64,000 bases of DNA from Tricharina praecox (Eukaryota): the NCBI RefSeq assembly GCF_024521635.1, contig NW_026250408.1:744001-808000 (forward strand), given 5' to 3'. Shown piece by piece: positions 37,307 through 52,271 of this stretch; positions within the stretch are counted from its first letter, which is position 1; each line of letters begins with the position of its first letter. The notes beneath the pieces were generated by a model, which was not told where the DNA came from, searched no databases, and saw only the letters and a list, made by a program, of their open reading frames with translations. The translations under genes were made by a program, and so were the position numbers.

Positions 37307-38964
37307 CTATGCTTCACCAGCAATCTCCCACCCCCCACCATTTCCATTCGCGTTCGAGTTGTTGGTCGCATTGTCTCTCGTTCGGCTTGGTAACATGATG
37401 CCTGGCTTCTCAGACTGCGCCGCCACTTCAACAACGCTCACAGAACTCTCACCCCTGTATCCCAGACTCATGCCCAACACTCTATGCGCGGGGTTCTCCG
37501 GCTTGGATCCATCGTCGCGCGGCCGCAACCACGATACCGTCATGCACCGGCTCACGAGCCGTACCGTCGTGCTGTCGGCTGGTGCGAAGTGGGCGCTACG
37601 AGCGGCGCTGAGATCTTCGAGTAGCATGAGGATTTCCTCACGCTTATAGTAGGGTGCGCGCCGAAGCTGGGTGTGGTTTAAGAGGGGGTATAGGACGCGG
37701 AGATAGGTGTGACGGAGCTGTGAAGCACCCAGGAGTCAGTGGAGTGAAAGTAGGTGGGGGAGGGGTGGGCTTACTGATTCCGCTTCGTCCGGAAGGTCAA
37801 GGAGGTTTCGTATTATAACGTCAACCAGCACTCGAAGGTCGTTGCTGTAGAAATATTCATAAGTTGCGGTGGTGGTAAAGAGAAGGTATAGCAGCTTGAG
37901 GATCAACAGCTGCAGACAGGTTTCGCCTGGTTGGATGTTAGCGCGCTGTGCAATACATAGCTTTCCCGCCCTCTTCTCGGTTGTTTCTCACTCTCGCGAT
38001 TGATTAAAAGTACTATGTTCTCGCCAAAGGTTCTGTAGTCGGGTCCGTAGTAGCATAGGATTTTGACCACCTTGTTCGTTGGGCCGTTCTCGGAACCTTT
38101 CGTAGGAGTCGGCGTGGCATGCGCTGAAAGCATATATTGTTCGTTCAGCACCAGCTACCGATGTCGAGTCAGCGTCAGACCAAGGGACTCGATGGAGGAA
38201 ACCGTACCAGCATGCGGATTATAGGGTAATGATACGGGTCGTTATCGATATCCTCCGGATCTTCTTCGACCAGTTGGAAGAGGTATTTGACGAATTCGTC
38301 GTCGATAGCGTCTGGATCCGCGGCCGCACGTCAACACTGCCTCTCACGCGCCTTCTCCGTTTCAAACATGACAGTACCCACCGAAGTCTTCCGCTCTGAG
38401 CCGTTGTATTCGACTCATCTCATACATCAGATCCAAGCAGACCCTCCACATGATAGGATCCTGCTCCTTCCTCTCCCTGACCAGTCCCACCAGGCGGACG
38501 AACAGTCCTTCTTCCTGCATATGCTCAAAGACCTTCTGCGTCTCACGGCCGTCGCACAGCAGCACCGTCGCGACCAGCTGTAGCCGTGGTGTAGACTGTT
38601 CCTTCCGCAGGCGCCCGTACATCCTACGGCGGACATACCCCTTGTGCCGTCTGAACAGCGGGCTACCGAGGAGCTTGTAGGCGCACCTAGCCCAGTCGAG
38701 ATCGGTAACGAGGTACTGTAGGGCGAACCACGCGGTGAAGCCCAGGTACGCCTTCAGCGCATTGTCAATGGCATTTTGGTTCTCGCAGGGTGCGGCGACG
38801 ATGTCGTCAAGTTCTAGCCGGTCGCTCGCTGTCAGTTCTCACTTTCCACATCGCGGGGCCAGTGGGCGAGGACGGGGGAGTGGGGGAAATGCACCGTCCC
38901 AAAACTGCTGCGCGTTCTCAAGGGTGTAGGATACATCCCCATCCAGGTTCATCACGTCGGCCAT
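37307..38964 (-). CDS. LDB17: Ldb17/Dip1/SPIN90-family (DUF2013) protein
   Basis: ATG 38964 ([23 protein letters not shown]), multi-exon. [53 protein letters not shown] and [18 protein letters not shown]. Confidence 0.85.
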
Positions 38965-40472
38965 GGCTTCCTCTGCCTCTGCTCCCTCCCAACAAGCGAA
39001 CACAGCGCCGATGCGACCAAGCCAGAATGCGTGAGCCTTTTTTTGTCTTGCTTGCTTTCTCTCTTTTCTATAGAACCAAAAGAACCCAAATTCTATGCTG
39101 CGCCTTCACTTTTTGGTTTTTGGAGGAAAGTTGCCCGACGAGTTGGTTGACCAACTAGAGTGACATTACTTCTAAGGAGCGTGTTGTGGTGTCTGCGCGC
39201 GGGAGGGAAACGAGGATGCGGGTGCGACAGTAGCGATAGTGGGTAGCAGCAAGCTGATGGTGATGTCGTTTGGTTCGTGGAGCAGGCGAGAGGAAAATGG
39301 GGGGAGGAGAGGGGTTGAACGAGCTCTCGTGTGTGGTTCTCGTGTGTGGTTCTCGTCTTGTTGTTGCGGCTGAATGAAGGTTACCTTGCCTTGCTCGATC
39401 ACTGCATGGAGGTAAAGGTCCGCTTACTCGGTTACTGACTCCAGATGAGTACTCTGTAGTGTTGCATGTAGGTAGGGTACGATGACTTCAATACTCTGCT
39501 CCGGTCACTGGCAGCTCTTCCGAGACAGAATAGAAAGATGCCACCAAGCTCATTTCTATGGCTCATGATCGCAGTGTTTTCTGGGAGCAGTCGCTGGAAC
39601 ATCTAGTACTAGTAGGTGAATGGCACTGTGCGTACGGGTTGGAGACTCGGCTTCTTCCTCTTCTTCGATACAGGCACCGTACCTATACCTAGTACCATAA
39701 TCGTGCGGAAAGCATAAAGTCAGCAGGTAACCCCTCGAGACTTGATCACTCACAGCTCGGCACTCAGCTGCAGGGTAGCACGAGGCGCTTGATGGTTCTT
39801 TAGATGAGCTCGAGATCTAGTAAGGCCGTATGCGAATAACGATGAACCGGAAAAATAATTTGGATGAGCTCCACTGGATTCGGTTACGTGTAGCGTGAGA
39901 TGAGCTTCGGCAGCTGGAGTCATCTCGGTATCCCCCGAAGATACATCAACTTCATCTTCTTTTCGCACTCCTCACGACGAACGTGGACATTCCAAGTGCA
40001 CAATACAAAACAACCATAATCATTCTATTCCCCCAATTTTCAACATTCACCACCCATTCCGTCTTCACCTTTAATCGATCAGAACATAGCCGGGTCCCAA
40101 TAGTAACATCGGTCTCTACCGGCCGGGGCGGAAACATTTGTTGTGTCGTTCGATACACTGCTAGGAATAGGGTGTCCGGACGCAAGACCAACACTCTAGC
40201 ACTGCCAATTCAGTCAGCTCACCCTCACATCGCTCACAAGAGCGAACCAAACGAAGCCCGCACTGCTACATCCAGCGGTTCATGGAGGTCCGTCTACTTC
40301 TACTTGAGCTTCCGCGCTTGCGGCTGTGACAAGCGCCGTGCATGTCGATGTGCATGTCGATATTGACATCCCAAGACTCAAGTGCTAGGGATGGATATCC
40401 TCACATACTTTGCAATGGTACATACCACAATACTTTGTTGATACGGAGCGGCTGCTTTGCTCTCTGCTGAGA

Positions 40473-40557
40473 GAATGGAGGTTGCTGGGTGAATGGAGGT
40501 TGCTGGGTGAATGGAGGTTGCTGGGTGAATGGAGGTTGCTGGGTGAATGGAGGTTGC
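40473..40557. repeat. 18-bp minisatellite (GAATGGAGGTTGCTGGGT)x4.7
   Basis: Perfect copies start at 40473, 40491, 40509 and 40527, with a partial copy at 40545. Confidence 0.95.
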
Positions 40558-40905
40558 GAAGCTGCATCACGTTTAGTCCGGTGCTGGTGCTTTGAAGCTG
40601 ATGGCCTGTTCGGTTTCTGATCACTCGCTATTCCCGTGCATCTCCTCGGACTCCTCGTACTCCGACCTCCGTTGTAGGGTAGGTACCCAGGCACTTTGAC
40701 AAGAGCGCCGCAATCCGTGTATCATTGCTCTCCCAAAGCGATCTACCATTAAAAGTATGCCAGTATGTTACGTACCAAAGCCAAACCAACTACGCCGAAA
40801 AAAGGGTGCGCGTCCACTATACTAGAAATACATCAAAGTTCGTAGGTAGGTTGCACCGCCAGTAAATCCCATAAAATTCCTCCTCTTCTTGTCCCATCCT
40901 CTGGT

Positions 40906-43900
40906 CTACACAAGCGCCTTAACGCTCTGAAAGAACGGATCCTTCTCGAACGCCTCCCTGTACTTCCCCATAGCGAGTTTCTTCAGCTCGAGCTTCTTCT
41001 CGATGGGGGACAACTCGCCGGCCGCGGTGATCGCAGCCTTCCACTCCAGCAGCATCTTCTTTAGCAGTGCCGAGCCCTCGGTGATCTGCTCCTTCGTGCA
41101 CTGTCCGCCTTCCGAGTGCTTGGCTGTAAAGTCCTCGAGCTCGTCGGCTTTACGTTTCGCCATTTTTACTACTTTGGATGGGAACTTGACCAGTTCGGCG
41201 ACGTGGATGCCGAAGGATTGGTCACATACGCCTATTTTTGGGAGGGTTTAGTTGCGGATAAAATTTGGGGTGGGGGAGGGGGTGGGGAAACACACCTTCT
41301 TGGACTTTGTAGAGTAGTGTGACTTCGCGCCCTTCTTCTTTACGGTTGCCGATGTGGGCTACGACGTGGAGGTTCTTGACGGTGTTGTACTCATCGCTGA
41401 GCGCGGTGAGCTCGTGGAAATGTGTGGCGAACATTCCGAAGCAGCGGATTTCCTTGACGATGTGTTCCGAAATTGCCCAGGCAAGACCGAATCCATCGTA
41501 CGTGCTCGTTCCACGCCCCAGCTCGTCGACGATGATCAGTGATTCCGAGGTAGCGGACTTGAGGATCGTGGCGGTTTCCAGCATTTCCGCCATGAAGGTG
41601 GATACGCCCTTGAGTTGCGAGTCGCTGGCTCCCACGCGCGCGAGTATGCAATCGAAGATGGTAAGTTCGGCTTCGTCGCAGGGGACGAAGCAGCCGGCTT
41701 GTGCCATCAGCGCGATGACGCCGATCTGTCGGATGTACGTGGATTTTCCGCCCATGTTGGGTCCCGTGATGATCAGGAATTCGGAGGCATTGCGTTTGAG
41801 TGTCACGTCGTTCGTGATGAATTGGATGTCGTCTTGCATCTCCATGCAGGGGTGACGAGATTCCTTCAGGATGGTGTCGCCGTGGCCACGAGGATGCATC
41901 TTGGGCCGGACATATGCTGTAGGAGCGTGCACTGCGACGTGCGCAAAGCTGATCATGACTGTTAGCAATAGCTATGAGATCTCAAAAGCGGAATGACAAT
42001 ACCTGACTATGACATCTAGGTGGGAAAGGACACCAGCGAGCTCCTCCAATACGGGACAGTACGATCCTACAGCATGTTAAATGAGGCACAGTTACGGAAT
42101 CATGTCCCGGCTCACCTGCTATTGCCACAACCTCATCAACCAGGCCTCTTTGAGTGCGGTCATAAGTCTGAGTAGCCTGGTCCACTTCCCGGTTGAGGTC
42201 CTTCAAGTTCGTGGTGGTGAAGTAGACACCGTTTTTCTGCGTAGTCATCTCCTTGTAATCCTTGCGGTTCCTGATCGCACCTGCTTCAGTCCTCGTCAAT
42301 CTGAAGCACCATCCATAAACCTTGTGAGTTTCCAGGAATAGCTTCTTATTGATCTCTTGCCCAAGATCTGAGCCGGCGCGGCGATGCTCTTTATTCATCG
42401 CTTCCTTAAGGTCGTCTAATCGCTGCCTAATGTTTTGAAGGTCTTCGTTGAATTCAGGCTTGATGAGGAATTCGTGGTTGTCGATGGCGTCGAGATCCAC
42501 AGTCGTCTCGACGAGCTCCTGGAGCTTTTCAAGATTTGAAGATATTTCACGGAGCTTGTTTGTGTACTGCTCGTCCAAAGGGTCTTTATATTTTTCATCC
42601 ATGACAGCCTCCAATGTTCCGATGAAGCCAGGAAGTGTGATGACTACCTGGTAAGCCCTGACTACATCTTCCAGATTGGCAATTTTCCGCTGGAAACGCT
42701 TGGCTAATCTGTTGAGATCCGGAATTTTCTTGAGATGCTCCTCCTGCATTGTCTGTCGGAGGTCGGTGTCTTCTACGAACGACTCGACGAGGCTGTGGCG
42801 CTTCTCGATCTCCTCCAGGCTCATCAAGGGTTGCTTCAACCATTGGCCCAGTAGCCGCGTTCCGCTCGACGTCTTGCACTTGTTGAGCAACCCGTACAGC
42901 GACATGTTCTTGGATCCATCTCGAGGACCCGGCATCAGATTAAGTGCCCTGACCGCCGATGCATCCAGCTTCATGAACTGGGACAGGTCGTGCTGGTAGA
43001 GGTTGTAATTGCCGAAATTGGACTCGTCGTTCATCAGACTAAGATACCGAATCAGGGCAGAAGCAGCGCTCATTGCGACCTTCTGCTCGATGTATGGTAG
43101 GATGTTGGCGGTGCCCTCGGTGGCCAGTAGTCTCTCGAGATCTTGGTCGATATCTTTGATGGAGAAATCCGAGGGCTTGTTCAACGTCATGGCGACACCG
43201 CAACGATCCACTAGTTCGCGGATTTTCTTGAGTTCATAGTCCTTTCCGAGCTTGTCCTCTTGCAATACGACTTCTTTCGCACCAAGTTGGATGATGAGGG
43301 ACTAGCAGTGTCAACTACATGCATGCCGAGGGGGGGGGATTAAGGATGGGTGGCGGAAACTACCTCGAGGTTGGAATAGACCTCGTTGTCTGCGAACTCC
43401 GAGACCCCAAGCTCTCTCACACTCGCATCTGCAAAACACACGCCCACCGTTCGATCCTCTCCCTTGACCTGAATCTTTACCGCAACAATCACCGGCGCGC
43501 TCTCAATTTGTCCGGCGAAATCCTCCTCGACGTCTTGTAGATTTCCCGGAGACGCCTGTTTTCCGATTTCCCAACTACCTCTTCCCTTCTGCTGCCAAAT
43601 CTCAACCCTCTTGCCCTGTCCGAAGAGGACCTCCCTGAGAAAGTTTCGGAAGGCAGCAGTCGACAACGTACACGACTCGAGAGCATTGCGAGACGATCCA
43701 AGCTTCCGGATTACGCTGGTGGTTTTGTAGACGGTAGTGGCAACGAATACAGCATCGCTTCCATGGACAGTGTAGAAGTCATTACGCTCGAAGAGACGGA
43801 TCGCGTCGGTTTCTGGGAGACGGTTGAAGAACGTGATGAAGCCGTTCTCGTCGTCAACCTGAAATATGGTCAGGAAAAGAATTGGGCATTAGTGGGAAAG

Positions 43901-43935
43901 GGTGAGTGTGCCTTTAACTCTGGCCTTGATCCCAT
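40906..43935 (-). CDS. MSH2: DNA mismatch repair protein MutS homolog 2
   Basis: [16 protein letters not shown]-terminus, [19 protein letters not shown], Walker [54 protein letters not shown] and [10 protein letters not shown]. Stop at 40906. Confidence 0.97.
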
Positions 43936-44044
43936 CTTGTTTGTTGTGGTTTTGGTGGGTGTGGTGGGTTGTGGTGGTTGTGGTGGGTTGTGGTGGTTGT
44001 GGTGAAGATTATGGTGGTGGCTAAATGAAAGGCCCAATTGCTTG

Positions 44045-44097
44045 ACGCGAATTGTAGGGACCAGGGACGCGGAAAGTTGTCGCGACTTGCAACGCGT
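44045..44097. promoter_or_regulatory. Cluster of MCB-like elements upstream of MSH2
   Basis: ACGCGA at 44045, ACGCGG at 44067, TCGCGA at ~44080 and ACGCGT at 44092, 110-160 bp upstream of the MSH2 ATG. Confidence 0.55.
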
Positions 44098-46184
44098 TTT
44101 TAAGTACTCTAGCGTAGACTCGTACCTGCGTGGCAGATATCAAATTATCTTCTTCCCGCAACGCCTTCGGCCTCCATAGCCAACACTACTATTCTACACA
44201 ACATTTGGCCCTTCATCGATCTCTCCTCAATCACGTCCAATGATACCTTCACCTGGCGGTCTCAACTACAGCCTCGCAACAGTCCTTATGTATAAGAGTC
44301 GACAACGAGGGTTGCTGCCAACCGATATGTCTATGCTAGCGTGTGGCTCATGTGGATGTGGCGCTGAGGGCAAAAGACCATCGCCTTTTTGCCCCCCTTA
44401 CGATGCTTTCTTGTCGGAAGTGATTCTGAAATTCTGCACACTAGGAGTGAGGACATTCCGGGCGCAGGGAACGAAGACAAAAAAAACTTGCTGTGAAAGA
44501 CACTTTCCCGGCTTGGAAGAAGGTGCGTTATTGTCAAAAGGCCTGAGTCTGCGGTGTTCTGCACGTCACCGTTTCAGTCGTTCCACTGCAACGGGGCTCT
44601 TCTTTGGGTGTAGCCACTCTATTTAGCAGTGCCGCTCTGACGACTTACGTATATGGTCTTGTCAAAGGTTGAGGAAGCCTATTAGTGGCGTGGGGTACAT
44701 TCGTTTTTGCTGCCAGATCACCCCAAAACCGGGGCAATTTTCGCAATTTTCTCCATTATTTTTGGGTCAATCTAGGCTGTTCTGACTCCTGAGCCCTTCT
44801 CTACCTTGTCGTGTTCCCAATAGGATGCCTCCAATACGCGAGGACGGGATGGAGGAACACTGATGTTGAGTGTCAAGTCCTTCAAGTACCCATCTTCATA
44901 GTTGTGCACTCGCATCTGCCATCACCACCCCAGCTGACTCATCCGCGGTACGAAGTCGAAAAGCGGCGCCAAGGACAGCAAACTGTCACAACGTCCACTT
45001 GTCGGTAGCTTTTCAACGATGGCGCCGTGTAAGTAGAGCACAAAAGGCTTGCCTAGCCGAAACCGAGCCTGGGAACATGTGTTAATGTCTAGAGCCCGGT
45101 GGGAAAGTGGAGCAGCAGATATCTGCGACGCCGCGGTATCGTAGTGTTTCGTCCCGGGTGATTCATACGACCAAACGAGATCATCCAGGGACCCATGTGG
45201 GCTTCGTTTTGAGAAGAGCCCAACATATCTGGAGCCGATGGCGAACTGTCGGAGTCTAGAGCGGATGAAGAGAGGCGTCAATTGACGAGAGGAAGGGACA
45301 CAATGCGACGACGATGAGTGCAGGACATGATCTGCGCTTGTGGCTGAAATCTTGAGCATCTGTGCTTCGAAGGCCTGGCCAACCGAGGTTTGTTTTGCCT
45401 CGCTCAGCCTTGTGTTTCCCCGCACTCACTAACGCGGTCACAACGATTAGGTAGCTAGCCGAAAGCGGGACTTATCACCCCGATCGCCCATCGAGTCTTT
45501 GAAGATATCACTGTTCCTGTTTATCGTACTCAGTTGCGGATGAGAGTCTATAAGAGCATCTGAGCAGGTCCCACTGTTGCGCAACGCGTCAAAATCGGAA
45601 GGACTGTGGGAGGTTGGCGAGCCCCCGGCCCGGATCGAAGAGGTCTGAAGCGGAGTGGAGTGCTCGAGGCTCGAGCGAGCGACTGCTACTGGTTGTCTCA
45701 AGGTCTAGGTGCCTGTATGTGGTTACAGCTTATCGCCGGATCCCCGTCATGGTAAACAGGCATCTGCGAATCGGCAGGATCAGGAATGAGATGAGAGCAA
45801 AGCCGTCACCGCATTTAGGGATTCTTCGATCCCTCTAGGGCCCGCCCTTTCTCTGCTATGTGCGACATAGATAGAAAATCAATGATGCGCGCAATCCCGC
45901 CAGATGCGGGAACGTACGTATTCACCACGTGATGTGACGAATCCTTGGCAGTGGGTGACCAACATCCGGAACCGCCCTCCGCCAGCTCTCGCCCCCCCCC
46001 CCCAACCTCGCCCTTAACTCTCCATCCTTCTCGCCCTCCACTTCATAACAAGCAACTCTATCGCATCGGGTGAACTTCACTACACTCAACTTCAGCTTCT
46101 TGTCACTATACATACACAGACCTACACACACACAGTCCTTCTACCCACTACTCTACCAACTCCACATCACTCAAACTTGCAGCC

Positions 46185-47643
<1,459 letters not shown>

Positions 47644-48646
47644 GTGCGATTATACGGGTTTTATGTGTGTATTGTAGGATGACTCATTTACGGAGAATGG
47701 AGTGCGCTGGCCTGAGTGGGAAACACTTAATGCATCGTGTTCCTTGGATTGGGGTTTTCTTGTCGTTTTTTTGTATTGTTATTTGAATGATTTGAGTCTC
47801 TTTTTTGTCGTGAACGATCGTGCTTTGCTTTTGGTGCTGAGACCAGCGTGCGGCATTTATTATTGGAGCTGAAAGTGTAATCATACCTTCTTGTTCGAAT
47901 GCAGCTGAATATAATGATTTTACACTCATGCTAAATGAGTTGCCATAGCATCGTGATTGCACCGTTGGCAATATATGGATCGGTAGTAGTGGCGCCGTGG
48001 CTCCGGGAAGTCTTTTCTCCACCGGACCATGAGTGGCGTATGTAGCAAGTGGGAGCCTGGAATGTGTAATTGCTCATGCCCGTTTCTCAGTCTGGTCCTT
48101 CAAGTCTGCTAGTTACATAAGTTACGTATATTCGATATGCATCTATGAGTTTCCATGGCGGGATGTTGCGCCGTTCCCAATCGTTTGCTTTGGCACCTGT
48201 GACGAGTCTCCGTGACGAGGTGAGTTGTCCATGGGTTTGCGTGACGAGGTGCGCTTAATCTCGGCGGCGAGGTGTAGGCTTTGGGGCCGAAGTTGAAGCT
48301 GCTTTGTCTGGTGGATAGTCATTCACACCGTCACTCGTGCTACATGCGGATTTTTAGAAACCCTGGGCTGCTCGAATACTGCAGTATCTATCTAGCCTGT
48401 TGAGGTCCGGAAGACTATGATAAGGACGTGGCCATAGGCTGCGGTATACAATGGTAGGCATATACTTGGGTTTTGAGTTGCTGCTTGATTCACCAGAAAT
48501 CACTCGTCTTGACCTAGCTCGGTAAGCATGCCAAGTCGCACTAGTAGCTGGTGTAACTCATGCCGCCAAAATTATTTCCACACTTGACGCTCGCTGGACT
48601 TCGCCAGCTAACTTTTCGAACGAACAAACCGCACGACACAGCAACC

Positions 48647-50302
48647 ATGGTGGAACAACGTATAAAGCGCCGCAAGACCGACTCCAAATCTGCCTCGGCA
48701 GCGGTCTCGGCGGCCTCGGAACCTACAAAACAGGAGAAGAAGAGCAAGAAAATTGCAGAGGTTGCAGAGGTTGCAGTCGTCAAGGATGCTGCTCCCCCAC
48801 CAAAATCACCATCACCACCACTACCGCCGCCTGCGCCGGCGCTGGCGCCAGTAGAAGAGAAGAAGGAGAAGAAGGCGGAAGTGGAAGTGGAAGCAGAAGT
48901 TGTGGAGGAGGAGCCGGCGGTTGTTAAGACGTTTAAGGATCTGGTACATACCCACCATTGCGCGCGAGTTACTGGGGGAGACGGATGGGCTGACGAGACT
49001 GATCGCGGAACGTAGGGCGTAATGGACTCACTTTGCGACGCCTGCCTGACCCTCGGATACAAGAACCCCACACCTATCCAAGCCGAGTCGATACCCGTGG
49101 CGCTTGAGGGGAAGGACCTCATTGCGCTGGCCGAGACAGGATCCGGCAAGACGGCGGCGTTCGCACTCCCGGTTCTACAGGCTCTCTGGGATAACCCAAT
49201 TGGACTGTTTGCTTGTGTTCTCGCGCCCACGCGAGAGTTGGCTTTCCAGATCTCGGAGCAGTTTGAGGCTTTGGGTGGCGCCATCGGCGTGCGCTGCGCT
49301 GTCATCGTCGGCGGTATGTCTAATATGGAGCAGGCGGTAGCATTGAGCAAAAAGCCGCACGTTGTCATCGCTACGCCTGGTCGTCTCCTCGACCATCTTA
49401 CCAATACTAAGGGTTTCTCTCTACGGAATCTCAAGTTTCTGGTTCTCGACGAGGCGGACAGACTGCTGGACATGGACTTCGGCCCCACAATCGACAGCAT
49501 CCTCAAAGTGATCCCAAAGCAGCGAAACACCTATCTCTTCTCGGCAACGATGACCTCGAAAGTCGAGAAGCTCCAGCGTGCCTCGCTCAGCAATCCCGTC
49601 CGCATCTCCGTCTCAAGCAAATACCAAACCGTTTCCACACTGATCCAGCGCTTCCTCTTCATCCCGCTGATGCACAAAGACACCCACCTAGTCTACCTGA
49701 TCAACGAGTTTGCAGGGCAAACAATCATCGTTTTCGCCCGCACAGTAATGGAGACCAACCGGCTAGCCCATCTCCTCCGCGAACTCGGCTTCAAAGCTGT
49801 CCCGCTAAACGGCGACCTCTCACAATCCGCCCGTCTCGGCGCTCTGAACAAGTTCAAATCCGGCAGTAAGAACATCTTGATCGCCACCGACGTCGCCGCA
49901 AGAGGTCTGGATATCCCCTCGGTCGACGCCGTCATCAACTTCGATCTGCCGCAGGACTCGAAGACGTACATCCACCGGGTGGGACGTACGGCGCGTGCTG
50001 GACGCAGTGGAAAGGCAATTGCCATCGTCACCCAGTACGATATCGAGCTGTTTCTGAGAATTGAGAACGCTCTCGGTGAAAAGATCCCGCCGTTTGAGGT
50101 CGAGGAGAGCGATGTGTTGATCTTTAGCGAGCGCGTGGGAGAGGCGCAGAGGGAGGCCATCAAGAAGGTGAACGAAGATAAGGAGAAGAAGGGACGCGGG
50201 AAGGGCGGGCGCAGTGGCGGAAGGGGTGGACAGGGTGGCCGTGGTGGCTCGCAGTCTACGCGCGGTGGGAAACGCGGGAGGGATGATCGCGAGGAGGAGT
50301 AA
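48647..50302 (+). CDS. RRP3: DEAD-box rRNA helicase Rrp3 (DDX47)
   Basis: Intron 48944-49015. Q motif [35 protein letters not shown] and [10 protein letters not shown], plus [25 protein letters not shown]. An upstream in-frame ATG exists at 48560. Confidence 0.95.
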
Positions 50303-51095
50303 TAGTTGCGCGAGAGTAAATCAACATATGGGCGTTTTTTTTCGTTTGCTGATTACGGACGGAATCGTACCGTTTGTATACAAATGCAATTTCATCACGT
50401 ACCGTGCGTTTGCCTTGTGGCGTGTGATACATTCGCTGTATGGCTGCTGAACAGTCCTCAGTCTTGCGCTGAAAACGGCACCCAATTCATACTACCCAAG
50501 ATATCACTCAGCACAACCTCCTGTTCCCTCAAACTTGTAGCCCGATAGGCTCGATATTCGAGTAGATGTCACTGTCCGGCGCTCTTGGAAAATTCAGCCG
50601 TTGACAGGCCCGTAGACGTTCCTTCCGAGCCGATGACACATGCTGTGCTATTGCTGTGGAGACATGGGGTCAAGTATGACGTGCATTTTCCCTACAGCTA
50701 TGCGGATGATCCACCTTGCTTGCAGCTCGTCCGCATGGTAAGCACAGAGCTCCGTCCTGAGAACCATTCAATTTTTGAAACGTCGAATCAGCTCTCCTCG
50801 CACTCATTGTATGTAAGTTCTGGTCATTGTTGGTTTGTTTGCGGGTAGCCTTGGAACGTAAGAGGGACCTTGGCCATCATATGTACCTTACTAGTAGTGG
50901 GTGGTTGACAGTTGCCCAGCTGATAGATCCCGATAAAGGAACCGCCACAAATCGCTATCCTCCCCACATCAACCACGACATCGCCGCGACTACTCCAGCC
51001 TCAACCTCCAACCTCCAACCTCATACTCCATCACCCACATCTCCATCCCCAGCTCTCGGTCGAATCGAATCCGCACATCACAACGCCATCCCACC

Positions 51096-52271
51096 ATGCG
51101 TCTCAAGATCCGCGCACCGTCAGGCACCCACGTCCTCACGCTCGGCGACGACTGTACAGTAGCAGTCCTGCTCTCCGCGATCCGCACCGAAACCTCCATC
51201 AGCGGCGACCTCGACATAAAATTCGGGTACCCGCCGAAGCCTTTGCACCTGGCGGACTACCCACCATCGACCGCGCTACTCGACCTCCCCGTCAAGCTCC
51301 AAGGCGAGCAGCTGATCGTGTCCAGCGCCGGGGCCGGGGGATCAGGCGGGATCATCCGTGGGAGCGGCGCGGGCGTCATCAACAGCACCGCGGCGACGAC
51401 GCGGGGGACGGCGGAGGCGAGTACGGGAGTTTACGATGGCAGCGGTAGCAGAGGCAACGCTGCTGAGGTGCCGTTCTCGTTCACCGCCGGAGCCAGTGGC
51501 GCAGCGCAGAAACCGCTGTCGCTCCCCCGCGCCGCACCGAAGTTCAATAAGGATGACCCGCCTGATGTGAAGCTCTCCAGCGGCCGGGGCACCGTTATGC
51601 TGCGCGTCATGGAGGACGATAATTCCTGTCTGTTCCGGGCGCTGAGCTATGTCATGACGCGCAGCATGATGTCGGTTGAGGAGTTGAGGCAGCTGGTTGC
51701 CGGCACGATACAGGAGGATAAGGAGACATACTCCCAGGCAGTGCTGGAGCAGAAGCCGGATGATTACTGTGAGTGGATCAAGATGGAGAGCTCCTGGGGC
51801 GGCGGCATCGAGCTGGGGATTTTTGCGGAGTTTTTTGATATGGAGGTGGGTTCTTCTATCATGGTTGCTGGGACTGGGGAGGGGGAGGGGGATGAGGGGG
51901 GATGTTAATGGGTGCTGCTATAGATCTGCACCATCGACGTGGCGACGGGAAACATGATCCGCTTCAACGAAGGCAAGCCCCGACGGGTAATCGTCGTGTA
52001 CAGCGGCATCCACTACGACGCACTCGCGCTCTCCCCCGCCGGCTCGCTCGTCCACGATACAGACCAGGATGAGCTGGTCTTCGATAAGGACGATGTCGAG
52101 ATCCTCGCCGCCGCCCAGGAACTCTGCAATAAGCTTAAGCAAAAACACTACTTCACCGACACCAACAATTTCACCATCAAGTGCAATGTCTGCAGGAAGG
52201 AGATGAAGGGGCAGAAGGAGGCCGTGGCACATGCTACTGCTACGGGGCACTATGATTTTGGTGAGGCTTAG
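51096..52271 (+). CDS. OTU1: OTU-domain deubiquitinase Otu1/YOD1
   Basis: Intron 51846-51923. UBX-like N-terminus (GYPPKPL), catalytic DDNSCLF, WGGGIEL, YSGIHYD and C2H2 finger CNVC..HATATGH. Confidence 0.95.

Noticed and set aside
44240..45840. ORFs between MSH2 and PEP4
   Set aside because: No recognisable homology and no coherent exon chain.
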